The notes under the pieces were generated by a model. That model worked only from the letters and a program-made list of their open reading frames with translations, did no database searches and was not told the DNA's origin. A program made the position numbers and the translations under genes. Shown piece by piece: positions 18,573 to 26,909 of a stretch of 43,679 nt of DNA (within the stretch, counting starts at the first letter, position 1; every line of letters begins with the position of its first letter). The stretch comes from a virus (Duplodnaviria > Heunggongvirae > Uroviricota > Caudoviricetes): the IMG/VR virus record IMGVR_UViG_2711768009_000009; one strand, 5' to 3'.

Positions 18573-18767
18573 TTACTGCTTCGTTCTGAGAATTTTTTCG
18601 GTCTGTCGGCAGTGCCGGTAAAGCTGCGATAAGGGGAGGTTAAGCGCCCACTCCGGGCCGCTTTTTGTCACCATCCCCAGCACAATTGCGGCTTCTTCAA
18701 TCTGATCCCGGCACTGCATCTGGTCGCCCCCGTTCAGCGACCAGCTTTCCGGCCATCGCGGAATCAA
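18573..18767 (-). CDS. Overlapping-frame ORF between tail chaperone and tape measure: possible frameshift extension of the chaperone or small independent gene (ATG MQCRDQ... about 48 aa)
   Basis: ORF track; shares 70 bp with the 3' end of 18697..19173 in the +1 frame; GGGGG RBS-like run before an internal ATG. Confidence 0.3.
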   Translation of the reverse strand: MIPRWPESWSLNGGDQMQCRDQIEEAAIVLGMVTKSGPEWALNLPLSQLYRHCRQTEKILRTKQ

Positions 18768-19173
18768 GCAGGCTTACTGCCGCCATCAGTCGGGAGAGAT
18801 CGCGCTCGCTGAGCTGTCCTATCTGACGCGGAGACAATGGCCCCTCAATCTGGCCGACAGCGGCAATCTGACGGCGCAGCAGCGCAATGCCGCGCAGTGC
18901 CGGTGAGGCCACAAGAACCGGACCGTTTCGGGTTTCCATAAGACGCTCGGCCTCGCTCTCCGCATCAATGCTGTCTTTTGCCGTCAGTTCGCGGAAGGTG
19001 ACGCGGTATTCACGGGATTCCCCGAACGGCAGACCGTCGAGCAGATCCACATAGCCGTTCGCCAGTTGTTCAGCCAGCCCGGCGGTGCGGGGATCGCCGT
19101 CTTCAAGTGCATCCCGGATAGCCTCCATCACGGCCTCGTCAGAAACCGCCGTTTTTTTCTTACGTGTGCTCAT
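18697..19173 (-). CDS. Tail assembly chaperone, Mu gp41-like (158 aa)
   Basis: ORF track; acidic protein between tail tube and tape measure genes. Confidence 0.6.
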   Translation of the reverse strand: MSTRKKKTAVSDEAVMEAIRDALEDGDPRTAGLAEQLANGYVDLLDGLPFGESREYRVTFRELTAKDSIDAESEAERLMETRNGPVLVASPALRGIALLRRQIAAVGQIEGPLSPRQIGQLSERDLSRLMAAVSLLDSAMAGKLVAERGRPDAVPGSD

Positions 19174-19187
19174 TACATTTTTCCTGA

Positions 19188-19553
19188 TTACTGGACACGG
19201 GTACTGGTGGCGCTGGCGAACTTCGCGGAGATATCACCACCACCGTCAAGCGAGGCCGGTTCACTGCTCCAGGCCTTCGTCATCATGTGGACTTCACCGG
19301 TATCGGCCACGAACTCAATCGTGACCGCAGTCCAGGTGTTGATTTCATCGGCAGCCGGTGAACCTTCTCCGCCCGCCGGGAATTTACAGTCCAGCGTCGC
19401 CTCACGGGGTTTCTCGCGATAGCCGTAAACTTTCGCGCCTTTCACCACTTCACGCTCAAAGCCGGACGGGGAGAACGTGGCCCCCTCAAGGGTGTCGTAC
19501 TCCTGCCCGTTCACACGGATGGTGGCCGTGCCCTGATACTGTTTTCCGCTCAT
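19188..19553 (-). CDS. Tail tube protein, Mu M-like (121 aa)
   Basis: ORF track; directly downstream of the sheath gene. Confidence 0.7.
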   Translation of the reverse strand: MSGKQYQGTATIRVNGQEYDTLEGATFSPSGFEREVVKGAKVYGYREKPREATLDCKFPAGGEGSPAADEINTWTAVTIEFVADTGEVHMMTKAWSSEPASLDGGGDISAKFASATSTRVQ

Positions 19554-19561
19554 GCCTTACC

Positions 19562-21064
19562 TCACAAAATGAAACGGATCTGCGCGGCCATGAAGCGGAA
19601 CTGGTTAACCAGATCCGGTGTACACATCACATCCAGACGGTTACGGTCTTTTGTGTTGCGCTCCACGAGCAGATTCTTTTTAAAGGTGTCCAGATTTTCG
19701 ACCAGTCCCAGATCCACCCATTCTTCCCCCAGCGAAATTAACTGAAGTTTCATGATCTCCGGTGTCACGATATTCTGACCGGCACGAACGGGCGTCCCGT
19801 CATCAGCCAGTTTATGGCGCGGAAAACGCTGCGTGATAAAGGTGCGCAGGGAATAACGCAGATATGACAGGGTGTAGATGGTTTCCACATCCAGATAGCT
19901 GGGATCGATTTCGCCGTATGCATTCTGACGGTACATCGTCACCTGACGTTCAATCTGCACCACATCCGCGGCCGCGACGGTCACCGTGGACATGCCGGTA
20001 TAAAGCAGGCTGTTTCGCTCTTCCCGCGTCAGACGATCCGGTGCTTCAGGTGCCATACGGGCAGGCAGCGCCAGTGTCTGTAATGGTCGGGCCGGATCCG
20101 TTGACAGGGAGGGCGCACAGACCGCACAAATGGAGGCAGCCCAGACATAATCCGGCTCTGGTGCTTTAGGAATAGAAGTGCAGGTAAACAGGAAGTCATT
20201 ACGGGATTCACCAAAACTGGTTGCCGTACCGAAGGTGCCGGTATGCGCCATCCAGACCATACCGTCCGACATTTTTACCGGTCCCCAGCGTTTCAGCAGT
20301 TCATCCGCCAGAATTTTGAGATTTGCCGCATCCTTATAGGGCATGACGATGTAGTTGTACTGACGATTCCCCATCCCTGAGACGCTACGGGTGATATCGG
20401 GGTTTGTTGCCTTCTGTGTTGGCGCGACGAGCTCCAGCGTAAGACCGGCCGGTGTAGTTTCACCGTCATAATAGTTCACCCGTAAATCATGAGCTGAGCA
20501 TTCACCGATAAAGCGGGCGTTAACCCCCATGCTGCCTTTAAGTCCTTCAGCATTATCACCACTGACTTCAGCTGCGATAGCAGTGAATGGCGCATCAGTG
20601 TCAGCGTTAATGACCTTAGCCAGCTCTTCCACAAGCTCTTTACCTTTTTTCCCCTTACTGACGGGCAGGAGGTAACGGCGACCGCCGATGTAAACACTTA
20701 ACACCCCGTCTGCCAATGCTGTTCCAATGATATTCATCACGCATGCCCTGGACTGACCTGTTCCAGCCCCCTGTGCAATGGCATATAACTCTGTGTCAGG
20801 GTTAATGGCGATAAATTCCTCTACCATCAGTGCAATCATGGAACCTCGCCCCCAGAGTTCTCTTGCTTGTGAAGCTCGGGTAATACGTACTGGTACATCA
20901 AGCTGACCGCGCCCCTGAATGGTAGTGTCTTTCATTGCAGCCTGACCAAACAACAGTACCGCCTGACGCTGTGGTGGAGTGCCGGTCACGGCCATTGAAT
21001 TATTGATTTCAATCTGTACCAGCGGAATGCGATTGTTATCGCCGATATAATCAAAGTTAATCAT
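19562..21064 (-). CDS. Contractile tail sheath protein, Mu L-like (500 aa)
   Basis: ORF track; size and position. Confidence 0.85.
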   Translation of the reverse strand: MINFDYIGDNNRIPLVQIEINNSMAVTGTPPQRQAVLLFGQAAMKDTTIQGRGQLDVPVRITRASQARELWGRGSMIALMVEEFIAINPDTELYAIAQGAGTGQSRACVMNIIGTALADGVLSVYIGGRRYLLPVSKGKKGKELVEELAKVINADTDAPFTAIAAEVSGDNAEGLKGSMGVNARFIGECSAHDLRVNYYDGETTPAGLTLELVAPTQKATNPDITRSVSGMGNRQYNYIVMPYKDAANLKILADELLKRWGPVKMSDGMVWMAHTGTFGTATSFGESRNDFLFTCTSIPKAPEPDYVWAASICAVCAPSLSTDPARPLQTLALPARMAPEAPDRLTREERNSLLYTGMSTVTVAAADVVQIERQVTMYRQNAYGEIDPSYLDVETIYTLSYLRYSLRTFITQRFPRHKLADDGTPVRAGQNIVTPEIMKLQLISLGEEWVDLGLVENLDTFKKNLLVERNTKDRNRLDVMCTPDLVNQFRFMAAQIRFIL

Positions 21065-21342
21065 CAGGACGTCCCCTTATCTGATGCTGCGGTTTTTTCA
21101 GCCACCGCCGCAGTTTTTTCTGCTACCGCTCCCGCTGGTTTTGCCGCCGCGCCGGTATTAGCAGTTGTGGCAGCCGGGGCAGGCTCCGCCGTTTTATCCA
21201 CCACAATGACGTCGCCATCATTAAGACGGCGGCACCAGAACGGAGTGAAGGGTTTCTCTTCCCCGTCCTGAGAGAGCGGAGTCATCGTGTCGGGATCGCG
21301 GATCAGGCATCCCGGCGCAGGTTTAATAAAAATGGTTGTCAT
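21064..21342 (-). CDS. Mu gp38-like small protein with Ala/Thr-rich tail (92 aa)
   Basis: ORF track; position only. Confidence 0.5.
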   Translation of the reverse strand: MTTIFIKPAPGCLIRDPDTMTPLSQDGEEKPFTPFWCRRLNDGDVIVVDKTAEPAPAATTANTGAAAKPAGAVAEKTAAVAEKTAASDKGTS

Positions 21343-21345
21343 CTG

Positions 21346-21909
21346 TTATTCCTCTGACAGTCCGGCGTTTTCACCGGCGGCAGTTGCACCAGGCAGACGG
21401 ATGTGTGCCTTAAATTCCGGCGTGCCTTCCGGTTCGGTAAAGGTTTCGTAATGGCGCAGGAAATCATCCAGCGAGCTGATATCCGTCAGCGGGTCGATCA
21501 TTTCCTCGCATGAGAAATACAGGGCGTACATCACGGCACCGCTGCCTGCCTGCGTTTCGGTGTAACCGTTGACCGCCTTTTCAAAGTAAAGCGGTGAGGT
21601 TTTTTCTGCTCTGAAGCCGTCCAGCACGGTAATCAGGCGGGCCACAATCTGATAAAGCCCGGGACGGCTGACCTCACGGCCATTGAGCATGTCGCCGATG
21701 ACGTAGAACACCCAGTGACTGACCAGACGCCCACGGGTACGCCCTTCACCGGCACCCAGCCAGGCAACATAGATAGCCGGGGCGTTAATCAGCATGGTGC
21801 GCAGTACGCTGTCGCTCCAGTCGCCGGGATGTGTGTCAACAGACACCAGTTCATTCCCGAAATACTCACGGATACGGGCGATGTACGCCTGCTCGGTTTC
21901 CGTAATCAT
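21346..21909 (-). CDS. Mu gp37-like head-tail joining protein (187 aa)
   Basis: ORF track; position only. Confidence 0.55.
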   Translation of the reverse strand: MITETEQAYIARIREYFGNELVSVDTHPGDWSDSVLRTMLINAPAIYVAWLGAGEGRTRGRLVSHWVFYVIGDMLNGREVSRPGLYQIVARLITVLDGFRAEKTSPLYFEKAVNGYTETQAGSGAVMYALYFSCEEMIDPLTDISSLDDFLRHYETFTEPEGTPEFKAHIRLPGATAAGENAGLSEE

Positions 21910-22325
21910 ATAAAGCCCTTCTGGTTGCGCCCGAACACCGCCGCATCAGACTGCACCTGCGGTAAATCCCCGGATTCAGGGGCCGCACCGTCTGTATCCA
22001 CGCCGACCGGCACGTTACCGTTCATGACATCTTTCAGCCAGGCCAGCGCCTCACGGTAACGGTCACGCGCCTGATCGGATGCCCGCTGATCGCACAGGTA
22101 ATAAAAGGCAATCGTGCAGCAATGCTGAACAAGGACCGCCGGAACCACCGCCAGCGGCAGCGTGTAACGGGAAGACAGATAGCTGTCGATAAGGGCAGAC
22201 GCGTCCGTCAGTGCCCGGTTCAGCTTGCGCGTGTCCGGTTCATCCGAACGGGGCACGGCCAGTAATGGCCTGAGCAAATCCTCGCGGTAACGTGCCCGCA
22301 TATCGGTTTCGGTGGCGTAATTCAT
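21906..22325 (-). CDS. Mu gp36-like protein (139 aa)
   Basis: ORF track; position after major head gene. Confidence 0.55.
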   Translation of the reverse strand: MNYATETDMRARYREDLLRPLLAVPRSDEPDTRKLNRALTDASALIDSYLSSRYTLPLAVVPAVLVQHCCTIAFYYLCDQRASDQARDRYREALAWLKDVMNGNVPVGVDTDGAAPESGDLPQVQSDAAVFGRNQKGFI

Positions 22326-22681
22326 GCGCGCGCCTTTTTCGCCTGTCTGGCGTTATTGCCGGTCTTTTTCCGGGGAGCATCCTGTACGGTTTCGGCTTCG
22401 GCTAAATCTGCACCGGTCTCTGCATGAACCACACCCGCCACGGCTCCCGCATCATCACCAGGCGTCTGTAGTATTCGTACAGTGAGGCATGGCTCCGCTT
22501 CCAGTCGGGCAAGCTGCTCCGGGGTGACGTCAACCTGCTGGCGTCCCCGCATGAACAGGAACCCCGCACGACGAAAATGCGTACGACTGCAACGCACTTC
22601 TGCCAGTACCGTGACAGGACTGTCACCACTGACCTGAAGGCCTGAATCATCTGTTGCTGCCACAGTGTGATGTTCATTCAT
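22322..22681 (-). CDS. Mu gp35-like protein (119 aa)
   Basis: ORF track; GGAGGG RBS; position only. Confidence 0.5.
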   Translation of the reverse strand: MNEHHTVAATDDSGLQVSGDSPVTVLAEVRCSRTHFRRAGFLFMRGRQQVDVTPEQLARLEAEPCLTVRILQTPGDDAGAVAGVVHAETGADLAEAETVQDAPRKKTGNNARQAKKARA

Positions 22682-22724
22682 ATTTGCCCTCCGCAGGGGC
22701 CGGGCCGTAAGCCCGGCTCACCGT

Positions 22725-23672
22725 TTACAGATAATCCGCGACAACCAGCTCCAGCTTGCCCTTCATCTCGTTAGAGACTGTGGCGTTACCGTCTGCGAAC
22801 AGCTCGCGCTCCAGCAGCTGCACCGCCTGTTTTTCCAGCGAGGTGGGGACAACAATATGGGTGGGTTTGATGCCGAGTTTGCGGCCACCGTCAGCCTTAA
22901 AGTCACGCATGGCTGACCAGCCGTGCCACAGCGCATCCAGCGTCAGCGGTGACTGCATCATGTAGGCCATCTGCCAGAAGCCGTAGCCCACATTGCGACG
23001 GGCGGAAGCACCGAACACAAACTCGTTATCAGTAAACGCACGGCCTTCATCGACTTTTGTCTGGGCAACCAGTTCGGCTTTGCGGCGATCCTGATAAATC
23101 AGCGGTTTTACCGCGCGGGAGCAGTCAAGCAGATACCAGGCCGGGCCGCTGTAATCCGCCTGTGCACCGACAGAGCCGGTTTTTGCCACAAACATATTGC
23201 TGACCATCTGTGCATCACCGGAGCCATCCACTTTGGGGTAAACAGGGTGTTCGGTATCAAAGAAGTTCTGGCCGTCATAGCAGGCCGCATTCAGACCATC
23301 ACGCAGTGCAGCAAAGACCAGTTCATCCGGTTGTGCCGCAGCGGCACGACCCATTTCCTGGAATAACGGGGAGTAGATGCCGAGATTGTCGTCTTCAAAG
23401 TCATCGCGGCTAATGGCAACGGTGCCTTCAAAGGTTTTGTTCACGATGGCGTAGCCATAGGCTTTCATCTTCTCGATGACGCGGGAGCCGATCCACTCAC
23501 GGAACTGCGGGAACTGCCCCAGCCAGCCGTAGGTGTTGGATTTCGAGGTGGACGGCACGGTCATCGCAATTTTCTGGTACTGCGACGGAGCCATGGACAT
23601 CCCGGCCTGAAAATCAGAACGGTAGCCCGTCATCAGGGCGGTGATCATCGCCGGTGTAATCGGGGTAGGCAT
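22725..23672 (-). CDS. Major head (capsid) protein, Mu T-like (315 aa)
   Basis: ORF track; size and position after the protease/scaffold gene. Confidence 0.8.
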   Translation of the reverse strand: MPTPITPAMITALMTGYRSDFQAGMSMAPSQYQKIAMTVPSTSKSNTYGWLGQFPQFREWIGSRVIEKMKAYGYAIVNKTFEGTVAISRDDFEDDNLGIYSPLFQEMGRAAAAQPDELVFAALRDGLNAACYDGQNFFDTEHPVYPKVDGSGDAQMVSNMFVAKTGSVGAQADYSGPAWYLLDCSRAVKPLIYQDRRKAELVAQTKVDEGRAFTDNEFVFGASARRNVGYGFWQMAYMMQSPLTLDALWHGWSAMRDFKADGGRKLGIKPTHIVVPTSLEKQAVQLLERELFADGNATVSNEMKGKLELVVADYL

Positions 23673-24805
23673 TATTGCATTTCCTCTTTCATTTTCAGGA
23701 ACTCGGCTTCGGTTTTACCCAACAGACGTGCGGCGGCGATATCTTCAGCCGACAGCACAGCGGTGGCGGTCTTTTTATCCGGCACGGTTACGGTGTCGGT
23801 CTGAAGAGTGGTCAGAGCCGCAACCGGCTGGCGGGCGTCAAGCTGTGCAGAAAGTGCCGCGACGCCAATCTGTTGTCCGAGTCCTTCCATGTATCCGCGT
23901 TCGCTTTTGAAAATGCGTCCTTCGGACTCGGCCTTATCCAGCAACTGCTCCAGCGTGGTGCTGCCGTGTTGTGCCGACAGCGCGGCATATTCGGTACGCA
24001 GGGCGTTATACGTCTCAACGGGCACATATTTCGTCAGATCAATAGTGCCGCCAGTTGGTGTGCCTTTTGCGGTTTCCAGTTCTGCCGACAGGCTGGCAAC
24101 CTGCGTTTTCAGGGTGTCGTGCGCATCCGCACGGGTTTTGATCCCGGTAAGGGCAGACAGCGCCGCCGTGCCCAGTTCCGGTGTAAATTCGTCACCGTCA
24201 GCCACGGTCAGACCGAGCGCCGTCAGCAACTGGCGTAATTGCTCATTCATGGGGGATTGCTCCTGAGAAGGGGAAACGACATAGAGATCATCAGCACTGA
24301 GTGCCGCGACAGGGTTCATACCCGTAATACCCGGATCATTCGTCAGGGAAGCCATGCGCAACAGGTAGGGTTCCCCGGTGTCAGCGAAATAATGCATATA
24401 TGCAGACAGATAGGCATATTCACGGTCATCAATATGTTTTTGTGCCTGTGGTGTCCATTCAGGTTTAATGAAAATCCCCTGACCCTCACGCCATTCGATG
24501 TTTTCCGGCTTAACCCATCCTGCAGCAATAGCCTTGAATCCGTTTTTCTGCGCATTCACGGAGTGATGGTCATAATCAATCAGTAACGGCTGATGCAGGG
24601 CGGAAAGCCCGGCTTTCATCCGGTTACAGGCGGATTCGTTAATCAGCCAGCCTTCAGTCGGTTTTTCCGGGCGACCGTCACGGGCCTTTACCCGACCGGC
24701 TGGCAGTAACTGACACCATCCGTCGCCGGATGCAGTCAGCGAAGCTGAAAGCACGGCTAAACCGGAGGGGCGATTTGCGTCTTTTGGGTGATTTTCTGTC
24801 TTCAT
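23672..24805 (-). CDS. Head protease/scaffold protein, Mu I-like (377 aa)
   Basis: ORF track; size and position. Confidence 0.8.
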   Translation of the reverse strand: MKTENHPKDANRPSGLAVLSASLTASGDGWCQLLPAGRVKARDGRPEKPTEGWLINESACNRMKAGLSALHQPLLIDYDHHSVNAQKNGFKAIAAGWVKPENIEWREGQGIFIKPEWTPQAQKHIDDREYAYLSAYMHYFADTGEPYLLRMASLTNDPGITGMNPVAALSADDLYVVSPSQEQSPMNEQLRQLLTALGLTVADGDEFTPELGTAALSALTGIKTRADAHDTLKTQVASLSAELETAKGTPTGGTIDLTKYVPVETYNALRTEYAALSAQHGSTTLEQLLDKAESEGRIFKSERGYMEGLGQQIGVAALSAQLDARQPVAALTTLQTDTVTVPDKKTATAVLSAEDIAAARLLGKTEAEFLKMKEEMQ

Positions 24806-24982
24806 ACCGGCAGCATAAGCCGGGTATTTTTGGGGCTGGTTTTGCGGGACTTCAGAAAGTGCTGACAGGGGGGGAATGAGAAAGGCGCTTCACGCAGATT
24901 TTAAAGCCCGTTAAATACAGGTTAGAAAATCACGACACGCGCCTGAAGGGGGTAAGGTAATACGTTTGCATACCTTAAACCA
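24806..24982. promoter_or_regulatory. 177-bp noncoding G-I intergenic region at the prophage centre: candidate late promoter P_I and strong-gyrase-site equivalent
   Basis: Only sizeable noncoding gap in the structural module, ~18.1 kb from the left end; Mu carries its central strong gyrase site between G and I; contains hairpins and G/C runs. Confidence 0.4.
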
Positions 24983-25456
24983 TTACGGCGTTTCTGTGGC
25001 CTTTTTAAAGCGTTTTCTGATTTCGTCCATGATCTCCTGTTCTGCCACCTGATCAAAGCCCATATACGGACGTGCGCCAATGGCCGCCGGTCCCGGTGGC
25101 ATACCAGGCAGGCCACCCCACTGATGAATGGCTGCATAAGGTTCATTTGATCCAATCAGCGCCCAGGTATCGCCATAATCCGTGGTCAGGCGGCGGGCCA
25201 GATCGCCGTTCAGCGTCAGGATTTTGCCGGGCGTGTATCCCTTACGGGTACGCCACTCACGGTAAGGATCTGACCAGTCATGCCAGCGTTCACCATCCGG
25301 CTCTTTTTCCTGCTCAAACGCCATTTCTGACGATGACAGAAGACTCGCCGCCACACTGCGGGCCAGGTCTTTTCCGCCGCCCACAAACTGAAGCCGGGCA
25401 AACACTCGCTGGAGACGCGTAACGTCAACAACGACAGCTGCATCAATGGATGACAT
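24983..25456 (-). CDS. Virion morphogenesis protein, Mu G-like (157 aa)
   Basis: ORF track; size and position. Confidence 0.75.
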   Translation of the reverse strand: MSSIDAAVVVDVTRLQRVFARLQFVGGGKDLARSVAASLLSSSEMAFEQEKEPDGERWHDWSDPYREWRTRKGYTPGKILTLNGDLARRLTTDYGDTWALIGSNEPYAAIHQWGGLPGMPPGPAAIGARPYMGFDQVAEQEIMDEIRKRFKKATETP

Positions 25457-25496
25457 ATTGCCTCCGCATAAAGGATGAATATAAAATAAACAGGCG

Positions 25497-25576
25497 GTCA
25501 GTGTACGCTTAACTGGTAAAGTCGGTGCCTGCCTCCGGGTGGATCATGTATGCGGGTTCGACCCCCGCCACTGACC
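25497..25576 (+). other. tRNA-like partial cloverleaf in the F-G intergenic region: 7-bp acceptor-type stem plus T-arm with GGGTTCGACCC loop; no anticodon arm
   Basis: GTCAGTG (25497-25503) pairs with CACTGAC (25569-25575); GCGGG-TTCGACC-CCCGC hairpin at 25552-25568. Confidence 0.3.
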
Positions 25577-25577
25577 G

Positions 25578-26909
25578 TTAATCAATTTGTCCTTCCAGCA
25601 CCTCAAGCATTCCGCCCCGGATATCCGATTTCAGCTTATCCATATTGATAACCCGGTAAGCATTCACAATCACATCCAGTTTGTCGGGCTGACGTTTCAG
25701 ACTGTACGGTGCATTAACGGCAATCTGCACACTGCCATCCTGATTTTCCACGATATACATCAGATTGTTGTGCCGTTTGTCCCACAGTACCGCTTTTGGC
25801 CTTGCCAGCATTGCCGGTAAGCGCCCGAAGTCCTCCGGCGTCAGAGCGATGCCGTCATTCTGATGTTTCACACTGTCCGCATGGAGCACATTTTTACCGC
25901 TCATCGCCAGCAGGCGGGCCGGTGGCGTTCCCGTCCGGCTTTCCACTGCCTGCGCAATGCTTTCAGTCATAAAGCCCAGCGTGCGGATATCGTTACCACC
26001 TCGCCGGGTCTGCATGATGTTTTTTGCCCAGATGCGGAACGCCAGCTGCCGCTCCGGGCTGTTGTTCATCTCCTGAACCACCATTTCCCGTAACGCCGGG
26101 CTTTTCACCTCGATCAGTTTGCGGATCAGCGCCTGGTCTGTGCCGAACGCTGCCGAGCCGGGGTTATATGACCAGCCCACATCCGGTGTCATGGTTCTGG
26201 CGCCATCTGAATATGTGGTCACCGGCATTTCTCTGACTTCTCCGGTCTGTTTATCCACGCCAGCCTCAACATTGCGGGTGGAGAGATGATCCTCACCGGA
26301 TGAAACGGATAACCCCATTGCATCCAGACGGGCCTGAGACAATGGCCGCACACGGCAGCGGCAGTTCCAGCCATTGGGCGGGTAGTGTGTTTTCCAGAAC
26401 GGATCGTCATAGCGGAATACCAGACCGTTAAGGGCGGAATGCGACGGGCGGGTACGGCTGTCCATGACCGCCACATACTGCCAGAACGGATGCGTGTCCG
26501 TGTTGTTCATCATCTGCGTGTAACGCCCGGCATTGTAAGCCACACGGGTGTTCACGTTGTAAATCAGCGCCAGACGACGGGGACTGCCCTGCTGCACTTC
26601 TTCCGCGTTACCGTCGCTGTCCACCACAATCTGCTTTCCCCACCATCCCAGCTTTTGCAGGCGTGGCGTCAGTGTGCGGATAAATTCTTTCTGTGAAATC
26701 CCCTCATCAATGGCCCGCTGCACTTCGGCCTGTAATGTGGTTACCACATCCAGCCGTGCCGTTTTTGCTGCCGTGAATGAGCGGGCATGAACATCCGCGT
26801 CTGTTTCGAACCAGTTCCAGCTGATATGCGCCCCTTTGGCGCGGAAGTATGCCACCGTCTCTTTTGAGGGAAGCGTGGCGGCATAACCTAAATCAATCCC
26901 CTGAGCCAT
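25578..26909 (-). CDS. Head morphogenesis protein, Mu F-like (443 aa)
   Basis: ORF track; size and position after portal. Confidence 0.8.
   Translation of the reverse strand: MAQGIDLGYAATLPSKETVAYFRAKGAHISWNWFETDADVHARSFTAAKTARLDVVTTLQAEVQRAIDEGISQKEFIRTLTPRLQKLGWWGKQIVVDSDGNAEEVQQGSPRRLALIYNVNTRVAYNAGRYTQMMNNTDTHPFWQYVAVMDSRTRPSHSALNGLVFRYDDPFWKTHYPPNGWNCRCRVRPLSQARLDAMGLSVSSGEDHLSTRNVEAGVDKQTGEVREMPVTTYSDGARTMTPDVGWSYNPGSAAFGTDQALIRKLIEVKSPALREMVVQEMNNSPERQLAFRIWAKNIMQTRRGGNDIRTLGFMTESIAQAVESRTGTPPARLLAMSGKNVLHADSVKHQNDGIALTPEDFGRLPAMLARPKAVLWDKRHNNLMYIVENQDGSVQIAVNAPYSLKRQPDKLDVIVNAYRVINMDKLKSDIRGGMLEVLEGQID

Noticed and set aside
25497-25576. Intact tRNA gene
   Set aside because: Acceptor-like stem and T-arm are present but no D-arm/anticodon-arm pairing could be drawn and there is no CCA; reported only as tRNA-like
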